This document shows positions 29,310 to 38,467 of a DNA stretch of 56,085 nt, piece after piece (within the stretch, counting starts at the first letter, position 1; every line of letters begins with the position of its first letter). Below the pieces are notes generated by a model. The model had not been told where the DNA came from and ran no database searches. It saw only the letters and a program-made list of their open reading frames with translations. The translations under genes were made by a program, and so were the position numbers. The stretch lies in the NCBI GenBank assembly GCA_043778225.1, contig JAYWGM010000001.1:1-56085 (forward strand), given 5' to 3'. This DNA is from Deinococcales bacterium (GTDB lineage: Bacteria; Deinococcota; Deinococci; Deinococcales; JAAFIG01).

Positions 29310-30322
29310 TGAGTTCAATCACCTTAACCAATGCCACCACCGATGACCAAAAAGAAACATGGTGGCAAACCCGACCTGCGCGGCGTTTTAGGAAGAATCC
29401 ATTGGCTTTGGTCGGTTTGTTTATTGCCGTGTGTTTTACAATCATGGCGATTTTTGCGCCACTTTTTGCCAATCCAAAAGACAATTGCTTGCGCGACCTT
29501 AACGTGCCGGCTGGCACAAGCGTTTACAACCCATTTGCACCACTGTTTTGGAAAGCAATTGTTGTTCCACCGCAAAGCTGCTTTAGTGTCTACCGCATCA
29601 GTTTTGCCAGTGTGCCAACCCCACCGGGTGTGGATGGCGCGATTCTTGGTACGAGCAGTGGCTACGACATTTGGTACGGCTTGGTTTGGGGTTCACGCAC
29701 GGCTTTTCAACTCAGCCTAAGCGTGGTCATTCCAACGCTCTTTATTGGGATTTTTTTGGGTGGCTTGGCTGGTTTTTTTGGTAGTTGGGTAGATAACCTA
29801 ATCATGCGTTTGGTAGACATTATTTTTGCTTTGCCTGGTTTAATTTTAATAATTGTGATTGTTTCAATATTCGGTAAGGGACTCGATAAAATCGCGCTGG
29901 CGCTGGTGTTAATAGGCTGGGCTGGTTATGCAAGGGTTATTCGGGGCGAAATCATTAAATTACGTCACCTCGAGTACGTCGAAGCAGCCCGTGCTTTAGG
30001 GGCAGGGAATTTACGTCAGATTTTCAGGCACATACTGCCCAATGCCCTCACACCAATTATTGTATTGGCAGTGCTGGACTTTAGCACTGTGCCACTTAGT
30101 GCCGCCGCCCTGAGCTTCTTGGGGCTAGGTACGCCACCGGGTTATGCCGATTGGGGGCAGATGGTTGCCTTTGCAAGGGCATTTATCATCGGACCAAGCG
30201 GTGAACCATTTGGTTACTGGTATGTGAGCTTTTTTCCGGCTTTGTTTATTTTACTTTTTAGTGTCGGTTGGAATTTACTCGGCGATGCCCTGCGCGATGC
30301 ACTCGACCCTCGAGAAACTTAG
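29309..30322 (+). CDS. Peptide ABC permease (OppC/DppC-like)
   Basis: 'EYVEAARALGA', 'HILPN', 'LSFLGLG', 'GDALRDALDP'. Confidence 0.93.
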   Translation: MSSITLTNATTDDQKETWWQTRPARRFRKNPLALVGLFIAVCFTIMAIFAPLFANPKDNCLRDLNVPAGTSVYNPFAPLFWKAIVVPPQSCFSVYRISFASVPTPPGVDGAILGTSSGYDIWYGLVWGSRTAFQLSLSVVIPTLFIGIFLGGLAGFFGSWVDNLIMRLVDIIFALPGLILIIVIVSIFGKGLDKIALALVLIGWAGYARVIRGEIIKLRHLEYVEAARALGAGNLRQIFRHILPNALTPIIVLAVLDFSTVPLSAAALSFLGLGTPPGYADWGQMVAFARAFIIGPSGEPFGYWYVSFFPALFILLFSVGWNLLGDALRDALDPRET

Positions 30323-30353
30323 TTCTTCATAACCAAGTGTTACCCTACAGGTC

Positions 30354-31058
30354 ATGAAAACCCAATATCTGATTTTTGTGGCGCTTTTCGCCGCTTGTAA
30401 CGCACAGCCATTTCCTGCTGTGGTGATGTCGGGCAGCCTCGAGCCAAAGGCGTTGCAGTCTCGGGTCGAAGTTGGAGTCAGTGATACCACTGGTCATAAC
30501 GCCAACCAAGTCAGTTCTGGACGTTTGGTTTTGGTGGCTGGGCGTTTGCCGAGTCAGCCATTTGCCATTCAAAAATCGGATTTAGCAGTGGTGGTTAATG
30601 GTTCTGGGCTTGAAAGCAGCAAAAAAGCCGAACTGCTAAGCAATGCAAACTTAGCACTAGACAGACTCGAGACAGACATCAATAGCGCCCTCGATGGTAT
30701 TCCACGCCGTATGAAAATTGTGCCGACACCAGACCGAATTGGTGATTTGGTCAATGCCAATTTTGTTTTTCAGACCAAAACAGGTCTTCCATTCACAATT
30801 TCCCCAAGCAGTACAGTCATTGCAATTTACAATTTGGTCAGCACAGATTTTAATATCACCTCGTTTGGCTTTGCTCAAAACGATGGCAATCAAAATGTAA
30901 TTCTTGGAGCAATTGGAGGTTGCCAGTTTCAAGGCGCACTGAATAAACCAAACGCTACCCATGTGTGTGGAGCAACAGGTTTACTGGCAATTACTGACCT
31001 TGGGGCTATTTCTGTTGGTATCAGTCTAACGATCGAACTTGGTTTTACTCGAGATTAA
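30354..31058 (+). CDS. Hypothetical lipoprotein
   Basis: Lipobox-like LFAAC; TACCCT 7 nt upstream. Confidence 0.6.
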   Translation: MKTQYLIFVALFAACNAQPFPAVVMSGSLEPKALQSRVEVGVSDTTGHNANQVSSGRLVLVAGRLPSQPFAIQKSDLAVVVNGSGLESSKKAELLSNANLALDRLETDINSALDGIPRRMKIVPTPDRIGDLVNANFVFQTKTGLPFTISPSSTVIAIYNLVSTDFNITSFGFAQNDGNQNVILGAIGGCQFQGALNKPNATHVCGATGLLAITDLGAISVGISLTIELGFTRD

Positions 31059-31453
31059 ACCAAACCTAAATCTTTTGGACCAAAACCAAGCGGCAATAAA
31101 CCGCGCACAGTAGACTCGAGAACTTCGCCTTTGTGGTTGGTCATGTAGACAATTGCATCTGGAGCGAACTCGAATAAAATTTGCCGACACGCCCCACACG
31201 GACTCGAGGGTGGGCTGGCATGGGTATAGACCGCAATGCGGCTAAAGGTTTGTACGCCTTCGGAAACCATTTTTTGAATCGCAGTTTGCTCGGCACAACG
31301 CCCTAAGCCGTAGCTGGCATTCTCGACATTGCAACCTGTAAAAACTTCTCCAGAAGCGGTCTCGAGGGCAGCACCCACCAGAAATTTGCTGTACGGCGCA
31401 TAAGCTCGAGTGGCGGCATCGGCAGCCAGTTGGATCAAGTCTTCTTTGGTCAT
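31055..31453 (-). CDS. cdd: Cytidine deaminase (homotetrameric type)
   Basis: 'AYAPYSKF.VGAAL', 'GCNVENASY', 'CAE', 'PCGACRQ'. Confidence 0.95.
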   Translation of the reverse strand: MTKEDLIQLAADAATRAYAPYSKFLVGAALETASGEVFTGCNVENASYGLGRCAEQTAIQKMVSEGVQTFSRIAVYTHASPPSSPCGACRQILFEFAPDAIVYMTNHKGEVLESTVRGLLPLGFGPKDLGLV

Positions 31454-31493
31454 GGGAGCAGTGTAAAGGGTTAAAAGGTTAAAAGGTTAAAAG

Positions 31494-31703
31494 CGAACCA
31501 GCCCGCTAAGTATCTCACGCCTGCATTTTAGATTTTTCACAAAACGGCAAATCTGTTCTTTCTCGTAAAATAGCACCTCACGGGCTACTCGCGCTCATTA
31601 CGGCGTGAGATACGTCACCCTTACTCCTGTTAGTCGGAAATGTTTTAGCAAAAAACTCTAAAACATTTCGGGGAGGTACTTAGGTGCATCTTTAGGTTCA
31701 AGA
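31494..31703 (-). repeat. Split copy of the 36-bp hairpin element
   Basis: Left half TCTTGAACCTAAAGATGCACC (31703-31683) and right half CGGGCTGGTTCG (31505-31494), separated by an insert. Confidence 0.75.
31509..31680. mobile_element. Putative MITE (172 bp) with TA duplication
   Basis: Imperfect TIRs AGTATCTCAC/AGTACCTCCC flanked by TA on both sides; removal restores GCACCTAGCGGGC. Confidence 0.5.
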
Positions 31704-31707
31704 CAGG

Positions 31708-33087
31708 TTAAAGAGAAAGCTGTTCTTCACTTTTCCCCTTTTCTGCTTTTTCCCTTTTTCCCTTTTCTGGTTCTACCAAAAGGTCGCTAAATTTTTGCAC
31801 CCGAACCTGTGAAACACGGCGGTCATCGGCAGATTCGACAATAAATTCCCAACCATCATAGGTGGTGCTTTCGCCAGCTTTAGGAATATCGCCAAAGGCG
31901 TGCATAATAAACCCAGAAACGGTTTCAAACTCGCCTTCGTCTTCTTCGTTGACGGTAATTTTGAGCAATTCTTCGACATCCGAAAAAGGCATATCGGCTT
32001 GCAGCAAGTAAACACCATCAGAAATGGCTTGGTAGGACTCCACTTCTGGCTCGTCGGTCTCGTCGTAAATTTCGCCAACCAGTTCCTCGAGAACATCCTC
32101 GAGCGTGGCAAGTCCGCCAGTGCCTTCGTGTTCGTCCACAACAATTGCCATATGGGTTTTTTTCTCGCGCAGACGATTGACAAAATCGCGCAGACCCATA
32201 CTTTCAGGGACAAAAATGGCTGGGCGCATGATGTTACGAACCGTTAAGTGGTCTAAATCCTCGAGCTTGCCAAGCACATCACGGGTGTACGCCACACCAA
32301 CGATATTGTCTTTATCGTCGTCGTAGACTGGGATTCTCGAGTAACCATGTTGGGTGTACTCCTTGAGTAATTCTCGTAAAGGTAAATCGGCTTCGATGGC
32401 GTTCATTTTGGTGCGTGGGGTCATGATGTTCCGCACGGTTTTATCGCCAAAATCAAAAACGTTGTAGACCATTTCCTTTTCGCCTTCGTCCAGCACACCT
32501 TGCTGGCTCGAGGCATTGACAATCATACGGATTTCATCCTCCGAGTGAGCCGTATACTTGCCACCTTCGGCGGGTTTGACCCCAAATAAACGGGTGATGG
32601 CTGCGCCGGTCATCTCGAGAAGACGTGCTATCGGACCAAAGACAAAAGCAAAGCCTTCAAATGGTCGAATAATCATCATCGCTAAACGCTCGGGCATGGC
32701 AATCGCAATGCTTTTTGGCACAAGCTCCGAGAAAATAACCGATAAGACCGCACTGATGCCAATGGCGATGGCTAAGCTAATTCCATTGGCAGCCCCAACA
32801 CTGAGCGCAAAAACATCCAACAGCACAGGTTTAACCAACGAACCAATGGACGGCTCAGCCACCACACCAGTGGTTAAACCAACCACCGTAATACCAAGTT
32901 GACTCGAGGCGATATAAAAATTGAGATTATTTTGGGCTTTTTGCACCCGCAAAGCCACTCGAGAACCTTTTTCAACAAGTTCTTGGATTTTTGTGTGCCG
33001 AGCGCTGACCAAAGCATACTCAGCCGCCACGAAAAACGCATTTAATAAAATCAGCACCACCAAAACAGCTAAACCAGTAATTTCCAT
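31708..33087 (-). CDS. Hemolysin-family CNNM/CBS/CorC protein (CorB/MpfA-like Mg2+ transporter)
   Basis: 'NAFFVAAEYAL', 'SELVPK', 'HSEDEI', 'MTPR', 'YSRIPV', 'TLEDVLEELVGEI'. Confidence 0.92.
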   Translation of the reverse strand: MEITGLAVLVVLILLNAFFVAAEYALVSARHTKIQELVEKGSRVALRVQKAQNNLNFYIASSQLGITVVGLTTGVVAEPSIGSLVKPVLLDVFALSVGAANGISLAIAIGISAVLSVIFSELVPKSIAIAMPERLAMMIIRPFEGFAFVFGPIARLLEMTGAAITRLFGVKPAEGGKYTAHSEDEIRMIVNASSQQGVLDEGEKEMVYNVFDFGDKTVRNIMTPRTKMNAIEADLPLRELLKEYTQHGYSRIPVYDDDKDNIVGVAYTRDVLGKLEDLDHLTVRNIMRPAIFVPESMGLRDFVNRLREKKTHMAIVVDEHEGTGGLATLEDVLEELVGEIYDETDEPEVESYQAISDGVYLLQADMPFSDVEELLKITVNEEDEGEFETVSGFIMHAFGDIPKAGESTTYDGWEFIVESADDRRVSQVRVQKFSDLLVEPEKGKREKAEKGKSEEQLSL

Positions 33088-33140
33088 TTGTTGGCGCACT
33101 CCAGACCGCGCCTCTTCTTGCACTGAAACACGTGCAGAAG

Positions 33141-33263
33141 TCAATAACCAAAACCTCGAGCCACCAATTGACTCGAGGGGATGCAAAAAACGAGCGCCAA
33201 AGCACTTGTTTGAATCGAACTAGGAGGTTCTTCCATACGCATCACGCACCAAACGAGGCGCAT
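33141..33263 (-). CDS. Putative 40-aa uORF MRLVWCVMRMEEPPSSIQ...GFGY
   Basis: ATG 7 nt after TGCTATACT; stops 53 nt before the CNNM ATG, in a different frame. Confidence 0.45.
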   Translation of the reverse strand: MRLVWCVMRMEEPPSSIQTSALALVFCIPSSQLVARGFGY

Positions 33264-33357
33264 TGGCTCGAGTATAGCAGATTTTACAATGCGGCTGCCC
33301 CTTGACAGTGCCATGTGCCTGTGCTACCTTTCTATGCGCTGTTGCAGTATCGAAAAG

Positions 33358-33433
<76 letters not shown>

Positions 33434-33577
33434 CACAAAAGCTCCGTTAAAAACGGGGCTTTTTGATCTGATACTTTTATTTTATGCAGTGAATTTTTAT
33501 TAGCCTTTCCAACGCCGTGTGCAATAGAAAAGTATTTGGATGCAACACTCGAGGCTTGACCAGATTTAGGTCATGCT

Positions 33578-33946
33578 TTACACGCCTGTCTCGAGTGCGT
33601 TCATAAATAAGGCTTTGATTCCAATTCGTACAGGCTCGAGTTCTGAACTGGTTAAAGCACCATAATATTGTTCGATTCGGTAAACATCAATCATTTGTAT
33701 CTGGTCAAGTAGAACCACGCTTGTTTCTGGCAACACCACGCCGTTAATGACTGGATAGAGTTGCTTTCCAGCCTTGACCCAAGTCCCTTGACTGGTTGTG
33801 AGCGGTGCAACAATCAGACATGGGTATCGGCTTCGTCCGACGTTATCTGGGTTGGTGATAATAATACACGGACGCGACCCTTCTTGTTCGCGTCCTACTG
33901 GATTGCGCTTTGGTAACTTAATCAATGCAATATCGCCAAATTTCAT
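33578..33946 (-). CDS. mazF: PemK/MazF-family toxin
   Basis: 'GDI..I..P...GREQEGSRPCIII', 'VAPLTTS', 'LLDQIQMID'. Confidence 0.88.
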   Translation of the reverse strand: MKFGDIALIKLPKRNPVGREQEGSRPCIIITNPDNVGRSRYPCLIVAPLTTSQGTWVKAGKQLYPVINGVVLPETSVVLLDQIQMIDVYRIEQYYGALTSSELEPVRIGIKALFMNALETGV

Positions 33947-34365
33947 GTTTGTTCCATAAAAGTACGGGTTTTCAAGTCATAGCGCACAGATTTGCCTGAA
34001 TTTCTAAACGATTCGTGCCATTTAGCGAGTTCTTCGGGTGGTACATCTTGCTCGAGTTCTGTTAGCCTGTCCTGCATGGCAAAAGCTGCACCGTCTAGCC
34101 ATGCTCGAGTCTCCGAATCCATGGTTTCGGGTGGTTCTTCGATAACCTCAAAAAGGTCATTGGGAGTAACCGGCTGACCTGTCAGGCGAGTCAGGGCTTG
34201 CATAACTTGGCTTAGGGTCTCGAGGTCAACACGTTTGACTTTTTCGCCACGGGCAAGGGCATAGATGCTACCCTGTGCAGCTTTTCCTGCCACTTCTTTA
34301 GACAAGCGGTAAGCGGTTAGGTTATTTTGTTGCAAATACCGATCTAGGGAAACTCTGACATTCAT
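33943..34365 (-). CDS. Xre/Cro-like HTH protein, probable antitoxin
   Basis: 'LDRYLQQNNLTAYRL...VDLETL...NDLF' HTH with acidic C-terminal extension; ATGA overlap with the toxin. Confidence 0.75.
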   Translation of the reverse strand: MNVRVSLDRYLQQNNLTAYRLSKEVAGKAAQGSIYALARGEKVKRVDLETLSQVMQALTRLTGQPVTPNDLFEVIEEPPETMDSETRAWLDGAAFAMQDRLTELEQDVPPEELAKWHESFRNSGKSVRYDLKTRTFMEQT

Positions 34366-34497
34366 TTGGCTACCTCTTACATAAACATAGCACCAATACA
34401 GATACTCGAGGGTATTACAAAATGCTGTAGTAAATGCTACCAGCCCTAGGCGCGAGAATTATTGCTCATAAGCGCCTAGCACTTAGGGACAGACCCT

Positions 34498-34532
34498 TCT
34501 TGACCATAAACACGCACCTTCGGGCATGGTCG
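34498..34532 (+). repeat. Single intact copy of the ~36-bp hairpin element
   Basis: TCTTGACCATAAACACGCACCTTCGGGCATGGTCG, lying inside the GGACAGAC/GTCTGTCC palindrome. Confidence 0.8.
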
Positions 34533-34615
34533 CCCGTGTCTGTCCTGCTTGGAGGTGGTCGAAAGTGCCAATGAAACCCTCGAGATTCAAACTCTGGATT
34601 TTACTAAAGCCTTTT

Positions 34616-37600
34616 TTACACGCCTAACACCACATCTATGTTTTGCATCAGCCCCTGCGTTTGCTCGAGCGCCGCCGCCACTTGGCAATAATGGCTGATG
34701 TCGTCAAAACTCAAGGCTCGCCCTTTGCGGTCTTTAAGCCATTTCTCGAGAACTTGATAGCCACCAATTCGTTCTGCCCAAAGATTCTCGGAAATTCCCA
34801 AAAAATACTGGGTGTCGTTAATCCAGACCTTTTGGGCGGCGTAACGGGGTTTATCCACCACATTTAAGCCCGCTTGGGGAAACGTCACGCCGCTCTCGAG
34901 TTCGGTCTCGAGTAAATGCAGCCCCGATAATTTACGCCCCAAATGCACCAAGGCAGCAAAAATACCTAAATCGGTGGGCAGTGGAATACGCGGGAAATCT
35001 ATTTTTAAGAATTCGGCATAGCGTTTACGATAATTTGGGCTATGCAGAACCGCATAAATATAATGCAGCACATCTTCTGGGGCAAAGTTCTGGGTTAAAT
35101 CGCCCGAGCCATCTGGCAGCCACTCGAGACCAAGAATTTGTCCAAGCGCCACAATAAATTTAGGCGAAAAGTTGGCTTTGCGCCCCTCTGCCTCGAGCGC
35201 CAAGCCTTCGGTATTTGGGTAGAGATAAAGCGGGGTGGCATACGTACCATTGACATCGAGAACGACTGCTGTTGCTGGATTTCGGCTAAGAATAATGTGT
35301 CGCCATGAATCAAGTTTAACAATGCGGGCAAAATACACTACAAAATTTTCTTTGTTCGCAACGTGTTGTAGAAGCTCACGTCTTGGGTAATCCATTGCAA
35401 CGTCATCAAAATAACACCAACGTTCATCAAACGGACGGTAATGACACTGAATAACGGGGGTTTTCCAATTATCTTTTTTGACTAATTCAGACCGAGCCGA
35501 TGCTAATTGCCAGTCACGATTGTCTTTAATCCCGTATCTTTCACGCAATTCTGCATCTGATTGACTCGAGTCACGCAAATCCTCAATTCGTTTTTCAATC
35601 TCGGACTTGTCAAAAGCCACTGCAAAACCGTCGCGGTGCGTCTGAAAACCAAGCACATTGACTGGCATAATGTCCACCACACTCCAACCTTTTTCATACT
35701 CGGCTCGAGTCTCTACATTTTGTGGAACAAATAAATAAAATGGGCTGGTCGGAAAAATCTCTGCCCATACAGTGCTGCTGATGTCATTTTCCTCGAGCCA
35801 AAAGTATTTTCCACCCGTTAATTTGGCATTCTCGGCTTTACCTTCAAAAATTTCGCGCAGACCCCATAAATTGGCATGGTAAACACGTTTTCCTAACTCG
35901 AGTGGCGGTTTTTTATGGGGTGGCAATTTGATAAAAAAACCAATTGCAACGCCCTGCATAATGTCAAACACATTTTCGTCTTTGCCACCATCTGGCGCGG
36001 TTTCTTTTTTGCGGCTGTTGCCGTGTAAATCCAGAAAGTACAGTTCGTCAAAACTGTTTAACAGCGCTTGGCGCATTCCCCTAAAAGTTGGGTTGTCCAA
36101 GTACCCGTGGTTGGTCACAAATGCCAGTACACCCGCACCAGTTTTGTCTATCCGCCACTGCGAAAAGCGAATAAATTTGACGTAATCGTCGTTTAACCAC
36201 TTTGAATTGGCTTCGCCTAACGGCATTCCATCGACTTCAAAATAATTTGCGCCCGTCTGATTGTTTAAGGTGTCCAAACCATGCAGCAAATTGTGAATCC
36301 AGTCGCCAGTGTTAGCGCTATGCCCACTGTAGGGCGGGTTGCCAAGTACCACCATCACGGGCGTGTCGCGCTTGATGCTGCTGGCAGCCAAAGATTCTTG
36401 TTGTAGGGCAGCCGCAAAAGGCTGAAAGGCTTGGTCTACGCCCCGTGGTTGCTCGAGCGTGTTGGTCAAAAAAATTCGCACCCGTTCGTCTTTTTGCAAA
36501 GTATAACCAGTCCTCGAGAGTAAAAAATCGAGTTTTAAGTGTGCCAAAGTGTAGGGCGCAATTAAAAATTCAAAGCCATGGACTCGAGGCAAAATATGGT
36601 CTTTGACATAACCATTCCACATTCCTTGGTTGTTGCTAAAACCCGCGTAAATTTGGTTTATGACCCGATGCAAAAACGTACCTGTGCCAGTGGCGGGGTC
36701 AAGCACTTGGACTTTATGCAGACCATCGGCGGTTTTGCTCGAGTCGGCAAGCCCTTTTTTTAAGTCAAAACGGGTTTTTAGGATACTGTCCACACTTCGG
36801 ACGATGTAGCCAACCACGGGTTCTGGGGTATAATACACGCCGCGTTTTTCTCGCATGGCTTTGTCGTAAGCCGCCAAAAAAGTTTCGTAAAAATGCAGCA
36901 CAGGATCGCCCGCGCCTGTGGTTTTACCCAATTCGGCTTTGATGCTTTCCATATTGGCACTGTCCAAAACAAAAGAGGCTTCCTCGAGCGCCCAAACAAA
37001 ATCTGGGTGTGCCTCTGCGCCCGCAAAATAACTAAAAATTTGAGTCAGCACCGCGTTGCCACGAATCCCCAAAAGTGGTGTGGCTCGACTAAAAGAGCGC
37101 TGCTTAAAGTCTGGCGCAAACTGACTCAGTTCCCCTAAGCTGGTGTCGGGTTCATCTTGTTGGATTCGGGTCGCAAATAAGCCATAAGTCAGGGTTTGGG
37201 CGTATAAATCGGCAAATTCTTCTCGGGTTAATTCGGCAACCAAAATCGTTTTGACGCTTAAAAATTGCTCGGTTAGAGGTTTCTTCTCGAGTTTTAATTC
37301 TTCACGCAGCACCCGCCGAATGACCACTCGGATTTGCTGGGCGTAGTACGCCAAACGCATGGCGAGTTCTTTGGCGCTGCCAGCCGCAGGAGTTGGATTC
37401 TGGACAAAGGCTTGCAGCAAACTGCTCAGTTCTTCATGGGCATTGGCTTTTGCTGTGATGGTTTTTTCAAATAAATCGGCAAGGCGCACAGTGCGGCGCA
37501 ATTTGCCACGCACATACCACCTGAACTCGAGGTAATCGGACAAAATCAGGTTGCCCAGTGCATTGGTATAACGCTGCCACTGCTCGGTTTTTAAGACCTT

Positions 37601-37834
37601 ATCAAGATTTACACCAAGGTCTTTAACCTCGAGATGCCCGACATCCAAGCTGCCCTTGGAGATAATAAAATCGGGTGCGCCGTAGACTTTGCGTTTGGCT
37701 TCGTTGGTGGCTTTGAAACCTGTTAGCACCGACTCGAGCAAATCTTGTAAATATGGGCGGTAAGTGTGTTCGGTGGCGTTGGCTCGGGCAAAAGCACGTT
37801 GAATCTGAGTCAGGTACTGGGTTGTCGAATCCAT
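34616..37834 (-). CDS. Type IIG-like fused restriction endonuclease/m6A methyltransferase with Type ISP-like C-terminal TRD
   Basis: N-terminal PD..EVK, 'VYYTPEPVV', 'LDPATGTGTF', 'GNPPY', 'YRPFD', 'FPRIP', 'IGGYQVLEKWLKDR'. Confidence 0.85.
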   Translation of the reverse strand: MDSTTQYLTQIQRAFARANATEHTYRPYLQDLLESVLTGFKATNEAKRKVYGAPDFIISKGSLDVGHLEVKDLGVNLDKVLKTEQWQRYTNALGNLILSDYLEFRWYVRGKLRRTVRLADLFEKTITAKANAHEELSSLLQAFVQNPTPAAGSAKELAMRLAYYAQQIRVVIRRVLREELKLEKKPLTEQFLSVKTILVAELTREEFADLYAQTLTYGLFATRIQQDEPDTSLGELSQFAPDFKQRSFSRATPLLGIRGNAVLTQIFSYFAGAEAHPDFVWALEEASFVLDSANMESIKAELGKTTGAGDPVLHFYETFLAAYDKAMREKRGVYYTPEPVVGYIVRSVDSILKTRFDLKKGLADSSKTADGLHKVQVLDPATGTGTFLHRVINQIYAGFSNNQGMWNGYVKDHILPRVHGFEFLIAPYTLAHLKLDFLLSRTGYTLQKDERVRIFLTNTLEQPRGVDQAFQPFAAALQQESLAASSIKRDTPVMVVLGNPPYSGHSANTGDWIHNLLHGLDTLNNQTGANYFEVDGMPLGEANSKWLNDDYVKFIRFSQWRIDKTGAGVLAFVTNHGYLDNPTFRGMRQALLNSFDELYFLDLHGNSRKKETAPDGGKDENVFDIMQGVAIGFFIKLPPHKKPPLELGKRVYHANLWGLREIFEGKAENAKLTGGKYFWLEENDISSTVWAEIFPTSPFYLFVPQNVETRAEYEKGWSVVDIMPVNVLGFQTHRDGFAVAFDKSEIEKRIEDLRDSSQSDAELRERYGIKDNRDWQLASARSELVKKDNWKTPVIQCHYRPFDERWCYFDDVAMDYPRRELLQHVANKENFVVYFARIVKLDSWRHIILSRNPATAVVLDVNGTYATPLYLYPNTEGLALEAEGRKANFSPKFIVALGQILGLEWLPDGSGDLTQNFAPEDVLHYIYAVLHSPNYRKRYAEFLKIDFPRIPLPTDLGIFAALVHLGRKLSGLHLLETELESGVTFPQAGLNVVDKPRYAAQKVWINDTQYFLGISENLWAERIGGYQVLEKWLKDRKGRALSFDDISHYCQVAAALEQTQGLMQNIDVVLGV

Positions 37835-38035
37835 AGCACACTTTACCTGATAAATTGCTTGAGGCTTCGGCTCGAGGTGGCTGAAGAGGCTGTGGTTGTG
37901 CCACCCGAGACACCGAAGAAGAGGCTTTGGCTTAGCTTCTTCTCGAGACCAAATAGGTTATTACATCGCTGCGTATTCTGTAGGCTGCCGATGCTCGAGA
38001 CTAAAATGATGTCTTTTGTCTAAAAACTCCAAAAC

Positions 38036-38070
38036 AAAAGCAGGGCAAACGTCGTGTCTGCCCTGCTTTA
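38036..38070 (-). terminator. rpsO terminator hairpin
   Basis: AAAGCAGGGCA...TGCCCTGCTTT. Confidence 0.65.
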
Positions 38071-38083
38071 CATACTCGTTGCT

Positions 38084-38353
38084 TTAGCGGCGCAAGCCGA
38101 GGCGTTCAATCAGTTTTTTGTAGGCATCTGGGGTGTTCTCGCGCATATAACGCGATAAACGGTTGCGCTGACCGACCAAGAGTTGCAAACCACGTTGACC
38201 GTGCTTGTCTTTTTTGTTGCCATTGAGGTGGCTGGACAAGTTGTTAATGCGGTGCGTCAGAACTGCAATTTGAACTTGGGTGCTGCCTGTGTCGCCCTCG
38301 AAGGTGGCGTAATCCTTGATAACTTTGGTTTTTTCTGCGCCGATAAATGACAT
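38084..38353 (-). CDS. rpsO: 30S ribosomal protein S15
   Basis: '[18 protein letters not shown]...KKD.H..RGL', 89 aa; GAGGT RBS. Confidence 0.96.
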   Translation of the reverse strand: MSFIGAEKTKVIKDYATFEGDTGSTQVQIAVLTHRINNLSSHLNGNKKDKHGQRGLQLLVGQRNRLSRYMRENTPDAYKKLIERLGLRR

Positions 38354-38467
38354 GGTGTGACCTCTTTTTTTATAAGTCCGGCAAGCTCGAGCCACGCTAA
38401 AAGGTGCGTACCCTAACTCCCGCGAAGAAGGACAGTATCATAAACCTTATGCCAAGGCAAGGGCGGG

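Noticed and set aside
26505..30322. Peptide ABC operon lacking ATPase genes
   Set aside because: Commonly supplied in trans from another locus; not unusual.
34616..37834. R-M enzyme as the CTCGAG methylase behind the palindrome excess
   Set aside because: Single-chain Type IIG/ISP-like enzymes usually recognise asymmetric sites, and restriction tends to deplete sites. Specificity cannot be read from the sequence.
37766..38023. 85-aa plus-strand ORF (..PETPKKRLWLSFF..)
   Set aside because: Overlaps the R-M gene start with no credible initiation signal; at most a gene remnant.
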